A DNA stretch of 64,000 nt from the human T2T-CHM13v2.0 reference genome, Homo sapiens, in assembly GCF_009914755.1 (NCBI RefSeq), contig NC_060947.1; one strand, given 5' to 3'. Each line of letters starts with the position of its first letter. Positions within the stretch are counted from its first letter, which is position 1. The translations under genes were made by a program, and so were the position numbers. Shown one piece after another: positions 54,242-64,000 of this stretch. The notes below the pieces were generated by a model. That model saw only the letters and a program-made list of their open reading frames with translations, did not search any database and was not told the DNA's origin.

Positions 54242-55074
54242 ACCACGATCAAAATACTGAACATATTTATTATTCCTAGAAATTTTTTCATTTTCCCAGT
54301 ACCTACTGCATTGACTACCATTTTAGATTTTATCAGTTAATTGGTAAATATGTATTGACTGAAATAACTTTCTTTGGCAATATAATTCTGTAGTATATAT
54401 AAAGTAGGGGTTCATTGTCTATGATATAGATGAGATTGGTTTTAATGCTTGAAAACATGCAATTTATATGAGAATCTTTAAAAATTAGGAAGTATAAGAG
54501 ACAAAATATCAATTTCTTTCTCCTACATTTAAGAACAGGTAGTCTCTTCAAAATCCCAGAAGTTGAGCCTTAGCTGAGGTTTAGTGTTTTCTAAACAGGC
54601 TTAAAATGGAAGTTGTTTAATTATATAATAATTATGAAAGGAAAAATGTGGTGATGAAGATTAAACAACTCTTTTATGTAGGCCATCTAGGAATTAATCG
54701 TTGGAGGAAAAGTAACTCTTAGGTTTTAGAGCATCGATTAGTAAACTACAGGTGTATCATTCCTAGCAGCTAGCAAATAGGTGAAGGTGGTTGCACAAGC
54801 CTTTTTTCAGAGATGTATATTCTTTGACTTTGGGACTACTATTAAATATGCCCACACAGAAAGCATTCCATGAGGACGACAATGGATTATGGAATATGGC
54901 AAAACCAAAATTATGTTAATGTAGAAACCAAAGTAATTCCACCTTTCTGGGGACAAGCCCAGATATGTAAACATACTGCTTATCTATCTACATTTATCTT
55001 TCACTATGAGTCCCTAAAATGTTATACCGCAGGTATGCTAAGTAACTAACTTCTAAGAATGCACTATAAACTCT

Positions 55075-55815
55075 TCTTACATGCCTTTGCAGTACCCTCA
55101 CCTAGAATGCTTTTCCACCCATTCCCATATCCCTTTGCCTAGTTAGTTCTCAGTCATTAGCTCTAATTTTGAAGTTGACTCCTCTAAGAAGACATATTTG
55201 GCCAAATTACTTGAGACTCTTACCTTTGTGTTCCATAGCACTCTGAGATATTTGTGTTAAAGAAAAGCAGAGTTGGGCAATAGTTAAAGCGGTAAAGCAG
55301 ATTTTATTCAGGAACTATTGTAGATGGAGAAAAGAGGCTTCAGTATGGCACTTGAGCTCAGTTCCAAATATAGCAAGGGCAAGTGGAGATTTATAGCCAA
55401 GGAGGAAGTTGTTGGGTGAAGCTTGGTGGATGGAAAAATTACTAAGTGTAGGGGAAATTCTGCCTAAATTGACCTAACAGTATTCTTGTGGAATCTTTCA
55501 GGTCAGGTGATATGGAAGGTAAGAGATTCTGACTAAAACTGGGCTAAGTAGTTCTTAAGACAAGGCTGAAGAACAAGGCCTAATCAAGAAAGGTCTTAAA
55601 GGAGCCTGACCAAAGTTTGGTCAATGAGAGACTCTTTGTTTCTATCATAACATTCATCACACTGTACTGAAATAGCTTTGTAAGAATTTTTTTTTTTTAA
55701 CATATTCCCCACTAGACTGGAAGCTTCAGGAGGGTAGATTATTCTTTATTCAATATTGTATTCCTCACAAATAGCAACATGCTTGGCACATGCAATCAAT
55801 GTTTGTTGAATTGAA
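55075..55815. mobile_element. L2 relic split by an LTR
   Basis: CATGCCTTTGCAGTACCCTCACCTAGAATGC...; resumes TCTATCATAACATTCATCACACTG...CCCACTAGACTGGAAGCTTCAGGAGGG...AATGTTTGTTGAATTGAA. Confidence 0.65.
55255..55640 (-). mobile_element. MER31/MER67-like ERV1 solo LTR
   Basis: Minus strand begins ACAAAGAGTCTCTCATTGACCAAACTTTGGTCAGGCTCC, carries AATAAA near its end and ends ...TTAACA. Family assigned from memory of the consensus. Confidence 0.65.
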
Positions 55816-57787
55816 ATTAACTTTTAAAGTACAGAGTATAAGATAAATGTAAGTGACTATTTTTAAAATATATAGCTTTAGTGGTTGGTATTCATTAGGA
55901 ATTAGATACTAGCATTCTACAATCAAATGATAAATCCTTCGAAGTATAAACTTCTGATTGATGTGTTTATATATATTTAGTAATTATGAAAATGGAAACT
56001 AGTTATTTTCTGATCTATCACTGAAACTTTTCTTAATAGTATGGCTTTGTTTCAAATAACCATTACAATAGAGAATGATCTTGTTTACATTAGAAACAAG
56101 GCTAATATAGGACTAAACAGCTGTCTTAAATTATTTGTAATCAAAATTTTGTCTGATATGCTGTCGTAAAGGTTGCTATGCCCTTATTTGTTTCATGCAG
56201 ATATTGATCATTTAAGAATAATATCTGCCTGATGACAAAATGCCTGCTTAATTTGTTGAGAGAAAAGTCAAATACTTTTTGATGAACAGTTTATTAACTT
56301 TTTGCAATTATTTATTTATTGTTTTGTTATTTGGTAAAGACACACTCCCTGTTGGCTTAAACTGTAAACTATAGCAAGGATTTGCATACAGTTTAATGGG
56401 AATTCTATAATTTGACCGTTATTTCAGATATCCACAATTAATCATACCCTGTGACTTTTCCTTTTCTCTCTTTTAAGGTGATTTTATGAATGTATGCTCC
56501 TTAAAAGAGGTAGTTTTGCTTGTCTTTAGTTGAGTAACATTAGTCCAGCAACAAAATTAGCAAAAGTATAATGGTAACTTGCAAAGTTTCTATAACAACG
56601 ATGCTATCCTATTGGGACCACATGGTATCACATATGTTATGCCAGATTACTCACTCTTAACAGACACCTGTGGTTCATTAACAAAATGTGCTGGAGTATC
56701 CCTAATTATACAAACAATTTATAGTTTAAAATAATTTTGCTACATTTTTATAGTAGGGGCTTCTTTTCCTTAAATATTCTGCTGCCCAGTTTCTTAAAAC
56801 TAAAAAAAAATCATGACAAAAGAATGAAACTTTAAGTCAGGTTATTATATTGGCCATATAGTTAACTTTACTATATATTAGTAACTAACATATAGCTTTA
56901 AGTTGACTTAACCTACCTTTAAATCAATACAATAATGTAGCAATTATGAGGCTGTTGCAAACTATAAATGTATTGCATACTTCTACAATATGTAGCACTT
57001 AAAACTCATAAAATGTTTAAAAGCAAAGATCACACTCATACATAAAATACAACTCCACAATAATAAAAAATATAACATGAAGTAGTGATTGTAAAATACC
57101 CAATGAAAGATAAATCCCTTAACTTGAATAGCAGCCTATTTGTTGTTTCATTCATATTGTCATCAACAGTATATTATAATATTATAATATTATAATATCT
57201 ATTATAACAAAACTTGAAATATCTTGAGTATATTCTTAGATAACTTGAGCGGCTGCAGATCAGCATAATATTTCCAGCTGATTATTTAAAAGCGTCCTAA
57301 AAAGAAATCCGCAGACAGTTTTATTTGTTTACCACCTTGAAAATTCTTCCTAAATCTATTAAATATCAACTAATATTCATTCTAGTTCTTTTCATATTTT
57401 GTTTCTTTCTATTAAAGTCAAAATCATTTCAATAAACTGAACAACTTTTTAAAAATCAGAATATAGAAGTTCTGTGATGTTTGTCTCAGTAACTATGACC
57501 ATTTACCTATAGGAAAAATTTACTCATCAATATGATATCTAAGTTAATTTAGATTTATGTTTCTTTATGTAAATAAATATAAAATGATTGAATATCTGAT
57601 TCTATATTAATATAATTTTTCACTTGTAGTAATTTTTGCCTAGATAAAGGTGGTGGATTAAAAAAATAGGAAGACTAAAATAGATGGAAGTGCCTCTCCT
57701 CATCTGGAGTTTGAAAAAAAAAAAACAAAAAAACAGTGGATAGTTACTACCATCACCTTTAATAAAGGACTTTAGAAATACCTTCCT

Positions 57788-57905
57788 GACTGGGTACGGT
57801 GGCTCATGCCTGTAATCTTAGCATGGTGGGAGGCCGAGGCAGTCAGAATGCTTGAGCCCAGGAGTTCAAAACCAGGCTGGGCATCATAGTAAAACCCTGT
57901 CTCTA

Positions 57906-57948
<43 letters not shown>

Positions 57949-58153
57949 TCCAGGTGTGGTGGTATGTGACTATAGTCCCAACTACTCACAAGGCTAAGGT
58001 GGGATGACCACTTGAGCCTGGGAGGTCAAGGCTGCAGTGAGCCATGATTATGCCAGTGCACTCCAGCCTGGGTGACTTAAAGAGACCATGTCTCATAAAA
58101 AAAGAAAGAATGAATGAAAGAAAGAAAGAAGAAAGAAAGAAAGAAAGAGAGAG
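57788..58153 (+). mobile_element. AluJ with A38 middle linker and (GAAA)n tail
   Basis: TGCTTGAGCCCAGGAGTTC and GGTCAAGGCTGCAGTGAGCCATGAT are J features. A-run 57907-57944; tail microsatellite ~58097-58153. Confidence 0.92.
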
Positions 58154-58833
58154 ACCTTTACCTCCAAAAGGAAGGCAAGAAGTAATTACAATTTTTCTCT
58201 GGCATTTCTAATGCTAGTTCTGGTCACTGTACTGTAAATATGTATTTTTTTTTCAATTCCAAATCCAGCTCTTCACTATATTTGCTGTGTAACACACACT
58301 TCTAGTGCAGATATTGTATTTTATAGGGGCTTATACAACTTTTCTTAAAATTGATACTAAGCTAAGACATTCTTTGACACACAGAATAAAATCAGACTTC
58401 CATTGCAATCAAGATGTAAAATGTTTTAAAGTTATTGCATTCTACTTTTTTCATATGACTATTAAAACAATTTATCTTTTAAAAGATCATATTTCAGGGA
58501 TCTGAATTCTATTGTAGATATCTCTACTTAACAGAGTTTAATTTGGTGAAAATATGACACGAAACTATAAAAATCAACTGATTTCTCCTACCTTTTTTAC
58601 CCTTTCCACAACATCAATTTCTACACTTCATCTAGAAAGGTATAAAATATAATGGAGGAGTAAATATATTTCCAGTTGGTTTTCTTTTAGGAAACACAGC
58701 AAAACCCTTTGTTTAACATCAGGGATGATCTAAAAGGAAATCCTGTAAGTGTGAGAGGCAATGTCAGACACTTGTAATAACATATAAGCCTGAGAGATGG
58801 AGGGAAGATTTAAGCAGAAAATTGAAGAGTATG

Positions 58834-61800
58834 CAAGATTAAGACATCCACTCAAAAGCACACAGCTATTTGCTCCTGAATGACTCTTGGGTAAATAATG
58901 AAATTAAGTCAGAAATCAATAAGTTTTTTTAAAGTAATGAGAACAAAGAGACAACATACCAGAATCTCTGGGATGCAGCTAAAGCAGTGTTAAGAGGGAA
59001 ATTTATAGCACTAAATCTCAACATCAAAAATCTAGAAAGATCTCAAGTTAACAACCTATCATCTCAATTGAAATAACTAGAGAATCAAGAGCAAGCAATC
59101 CCCAAAGCTAACAGAAGACAATAATTAACCAAGATCAGAGCATAACTGAAGGAGACAGAGATGTGAAAAACACTTTAAAAAAAATCAACAAATCCAGGAG
59201 CTATTTTTTTGAAAAAAATAATAAAGTAGATAGACTACTATCTAGACTCATAAAGAAGAATAGAAAGAATAATCAAATAAACACAATCAGAAATGATAAG
59301 GGGGATATCACCACTGATCCCACAGAAATAAAAACAACTACCAGAAAATATTGTAAATCCCTCTATACACATAAACTAGAAAATCTAGAAGAAATGGATA
59401 AATTTGTGGACACATACACTCTCCCAAGACTGAAAGGAAGAAATTGAATCATTGACCAGACCAATAACATGTTCTAAAATTGAGGCAGTAATAAATAACC
59501 TACCTACTAAAAAATAAATCACAGGACCATACAGATTCACAGTGGAATTCTACCAGAAGTACAAAGAAGAGCTGGTTTCATTCCTACTAAAACTATTCCG
59601 AAAAACTGAAGAGGAGGGACTCCTCCCTAACTAATTCTCTGAGGCTAGCATTATCCTGATACCAAAACCTGGCAGAGATACAACAAAAGAAAGAATACTT
59701 TAGACCAATATCCTTGATGAACATCAATGCAGAAATCCTCAGTAAAATATTGGCAAACCAAAGCCAGCAGCACGTCAAAAAGCTTATCCACCATGATCAT
59801 GCTGGCTTCATCCCTGGGATTCAAGGCTGGCTCAACATACGCGAATCAATAAATGTAATTCATCACATAAACAGACAAAAACCACACGATCATTTCAATA
59901 AATGCAGAAAAGGCCTTCGATAAAATTCAACATCCTTTTATGTTTAAAACTCTAAATACACTAGGAATTGAAGGAACAGACCTCAAAATAATAAGAACCA
60001 TATATGACAAACCCACAGCCAATATCATACTGAATGAGCAAAAGCTGGACACATTCCCCTTGAAAACTGGCACAAGGCAAGGATGCCCTGTCACCACTTC
60101 TATTCAACATAGTATTGGAAGTTCTGGCCAGGGCAATCAGGCAAGAGAAAGAGATAAAGAGTATTCAAATAGGGAGTGAGGAAGTCAAATTATCTTTGTT
60201 TGCAGATGACATCATCCTATATCTAGAAAAGCCCATAGTCTCAGCCCAAAAGCTTCTTAAGCTGATAAGCAACTTCAGCAAAGTCTCAAGATATAAAATC
60301 AATGTGCAAAAATCGCTAGCATCCTTATACACCAACAAAAGGCAAGCAGAGAGCAAAATCATGAATGAACTATCATTCATAATTGTTACAAAAAGAATAA
60401 AATACTTAGAAATACAGCTAACAAAGGAAGTGAGGGACCACTTCAAGGACAACTACAAACCACCACTCAAGGAAATCAGAGAAGACACAAACAAATGGAA
60501 AAACATTCCAGGCTCATGGATAGGAAGAATCAATATTGTAAAAATGGCCATACTGTTCAAAGTAATTTATAGATTCAATGCTATTCCCATTAAACTACCA
60601 TTGACATTCTTCACGGAATTAAAAAAAAAAACTATTTTAAAATTCATATCGAACTAAAAATGAGCCCAAATAGCCAAGTTAATCCATAGCAAAAAGAACA
60701 AAGCAGGAGGCATCACACTACCTAACTTCAAACAGTGCTACAAGGCTGCATTAACCAAAACATCATGGTACAAGAACAGACACATAGACCAATGGAACAG
60801 AATAGAGAACTCAGAAATGAGACTGCACACCTACAAGCATCAGATCTTTGACAAACCTGACAAAAACAAGCAATGGAAAAAGGATTCCCTATTTAATTAA
60901 TAATGCTGGGAGAACTGGCTAACCATATGCACAAAATTATAACTGGACTCCTTCCTTACAACATATATAAAAGTTAAGATGGATTAGAGACTTAAATGTA
61001 AATCCCAAAACTATAAAAAGCCTAGAAGAAAATCTAGGCAATACCATTCAGGACATAGCAGAGGCAAAAATTTCATGATAAATCATCAAAAGCAATTGCA
61101 ACAAAAGCAATAATTGACAAATGAGATCTAATTAAAGAGCTTCTGCACAGCAAAAACAAACAAACAAACAAACAAACAAAAACTATCATCCGAGTGAACA
61201 GATAGCCTACAGAAAGGGAGAAAATTTCTTAATGTAGCCACCTGACAAAAGTCTAATATCTAGAATCTACAAGGAACTTAAATTTACAAGAAAAAAAACA
61301 AACACCTTCATAAAAAAATTGGCCAAAGGACATGAACAGACACTTCTCAAAAGAAGACATACATGTGGCCAACAAACATATGAAAAAAAGTTCAACATTA
61401 CTGATCATTAGAGATCCTCAAATCAAAACCACAATGATATACCATCTCATACCAGTCAGAATGGCTATTACTAAAATGTCAAAAAACAACAGATGCTGGT
61501 GAGGTTGTGGAGAAAAAGGAACGCGTTTACACTGCCTGTGAGAGTATAAACTAGTTCAACCACTGTGGAAGTCAATGTGACAATTCCCAAAGACCTAGAG
61601 GCAGAAATACCATTTGACTCAGCAATCTCATGACTGGATATATACCTAAAGAAATATAAATCATTCTATTATAAAGTTACATGCATGCATATGTTCATTG
61701 AAGCACTATTTGCAATAGCAAAGTCATAGAATCAACCTAAACGCCCATCAATGATAAACTAGATAAAGAAAATGTGGTACATATACCTCATTGCATACCA

Positions 61801-62147
61801 TGCAGCCATAAAAAGGAACAGGATCTTGTGCTTTGCAGAGACATAGATGGAGTTGGAAGCCATTATCCTCAGCAAACTAACGCAGGAGTAGAAAACCAAA
61901 CACAGCATGTTCTCACTTATAAGTGGGAGCTGAACAATGAGAACACATGGACACATGGTGGGTAACAACACACACTGGGCACCTGTAGGGTTGGGGAAGA
62001 GCATCAGGAAGAACAGCTAATGGATGCCGGGCTTAATATCTGGGTGATGGGATAATCTGTGCAGTAAACCACCATGGCACACGTTTACTTATGTAACAAT
62101 CCTGCACATGTACCCCTAAACTTAAAATAAAAGTCGAATTAAAAATA
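58834..62147 (+). mobile_element. 5'-truncated 3.3-kb L1PA (L1PA8-12 age class)
   Basis: RT motifs ([18 protein letters not shown] in ORF 60115-60657) and 3' UTR. Perfect 18-bp TSD AGAAAATTGAAGAGTATG (58816-58833 / 62148-62165). Confidence 0.96.
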
Positions 62148-62375
62148 AGAAAATTGAAGAGTATGACCATGAGGTGGGATGAGGGAGAGTTCTGGGCACC
62201 CAGGTTCAGAACAGCTTTTCCACAGTTTTAGAGCTAAACCTTCATGGTGTCTCTGAATGTCTTCATTTGAATCAAATGCTCCAAATCAGCAAACACCCAA
62301 GATCAAAAAAAAAAAAAAAAAAGACTTCTTAAAAATGCATTCCAGAGCACAATATCTGTCTTCATATTATGAATG

Positions 62376-64000
62376 TTTTTAAAAACTTTTATTTTGAGTT
62401 CAGGGATGTATGTACAGATTTGTTATATAGATAAATTTTGTGTTGCAGGAGTATGGTGTACAGATTATTTCATGACTCACATAATAAGCATAGTACCTGA
62501 TAGTTTTTCGATCCTCACTCTTCTCTCACTCTCCTCCCTTAAGTAGGTCCTGGTGTCTATTGTTCCCTTCTTTGTGTCCATGCATCCTTAATATTTAGCT
62601 CTTACTTGTAAGTGAGAACATGTGGTATTTGGTTTCCTGTTCCTGCATTAGTTCACTTAGGATAATGACCTCTAGCTCCATTCATATTGCTGCAAAGGTC
62701 ACAATCTCACTTGTTGTTATGGCTACATAGTATTGGATCATGTATATGTACCACATTTTCTTTATCCAGTCAACCATATATGTACCACATTTTCTTTATC
62801 CAGTCAACCATGGATGAACATTTAGGTTGATTCCATGTCTTGGTTATTGTAAATAGTGCTGTGATGAAAATATGTTTGCATATGTTTTTCTGGTAGGAGG
62901 ATTTATATTCCTTTGTGTATATACCCAGTAATGGGATTGCTGAGTCAAATGGCAGTTTTCCTTTAAGTTCTTTGGGAAATCACCAAACTGCTTTTCACAG
63001 TGGCTGAATGAATTTACACTGCCATGAGCAGTGTATATGCATTCCCTTTTCTCTGCAGCCTTTCAAGCATCTGTTATTTTATGGTTTTTAATAATAGCCT
63101 TTTTCACTAATTGTGGTTTTGATTTGCAGTTCTCTAATGATTAGTAATGTTGAGCAATTTTTCATATGCTTGTGGCCAAGTGTATGACTTATTTTGAAAA
63201 GTATCTGTTCATGTTCTTTGGCCACTTTTGAATGGGGAATGCTTTCAGCTTTTGCTCAATTAGTATGTTGTTTTTTTTTTTGTTAATTTGTTTAAGTTCC
63301 TTATACATTCTGGATATTAGGCCTTTGTTGGATGTATCATTTGAATAAATTTTCTCCCATTCTGCATGTTGTCTGTTTATTTTGTTGATAGTTGTTTTTT
63401 TCTTTTTTCTTTTTTCTTTTTTTTTTGTTTTTTTTGCTGTGCAGATGCACTTTAGTTTAATTAAGTCACACTTGTCTTTTTTTTTTTTTTTTGGCAATTT
63501 CTTTCGGTGTCTTCATCATTAAATTTTTGCCAGGGCCTACGTCCTGAGTGGTATTTCTTAGGTTATCTTCCAGAGCTTTTGTAGTTTTAGGTTTTACATT
63601 TAAGCATTTAACTCAACTTGGGTTAATTTTTGTGTATGGTATAAGGAAGGGGTCCTGTTTCAGTCTTCTGGATATGGCTATCCAATTATCTCAACACCTT
63701 CTATTGAATAGGGAGTCTTTCCTCATTGCTTGTTTTTGTCAACTTTGTTGAAGATCAGATGGCTGTAAGTGTGTGGCTTTATTTCTGGGCTCTTTATTCT
63801 TTTCCATTAGTCTCTGTGTCTGTTTTTGTATCAGTACTATGCTGTTTTGATTATTATATCCTTGTAGTGTAGTTTGAAGTTGGATAATGTGATGCCTCCA
63901 GCTTTGTTATTTTTGCCTAGGATTGCTTTAGTCATTTAGACTCTTTTTTGATTCCACGTAAGTTTTAGAGCAGTTTTTTGTTTTCTAATTCTGTGAAATA
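62376..64000 (-). mobile_element. L1PA15/16-like 3' portion, continuing past window end
   Basis: 3' UTR ACTTTTATTTTGAGTTCAGGG...GTACAGATTATTTCATG, followed by the end of ORF2 on the minus strand. Confidence 0.92.

Noticed and set aside
59163-60657. Reverse transcriptase ORFs as an active element or novel RT system
   Set aside because: Fragments of a 5'-truncated L1 ORF2 broken by stops and frameshifts; no ORF1 or promoter.

Overview
This is primate (human-like) genomic DNA. It is AT-rich and dominated by interspersed repeats, and I recognise no intact protein-coding gene or RNA gene. Repeat content: ten L1 copies or fragments (several nested or rearranged), two THE1 (MaLR) proviral elements plus four solo THE1 LTRs, a MER31/MER67-like LTR, five dimeric or truncated Alus including one very young AluYa-lineage copy, three Alu monomers, MIR/L2 relics and microsatellites. 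The only gene-derived sequence is a full-length processed KRT18 pseudogene (17916-19324) with poly(A) and a 16-bp TSD, inserted in the inverted arm of a twin-primed L1. Nearly all ORFs in the supplied track are L1, THE1, Alu or microsatellite artefacts. I did not find a new multi-gene biological system. The most noteworthy signals are structural: an L1-supplied in-frame strong-Kozak ATG upstream of the KRT18 retrocopy, a multi-step templated-insertion scar at 28527-28616 with a second candidate at ~63235, a three-piece doubly inverted L1PB1, and a near-consensus AluYa insertion. Subfamily names come from my recollection of consensus sequences, not from a search.
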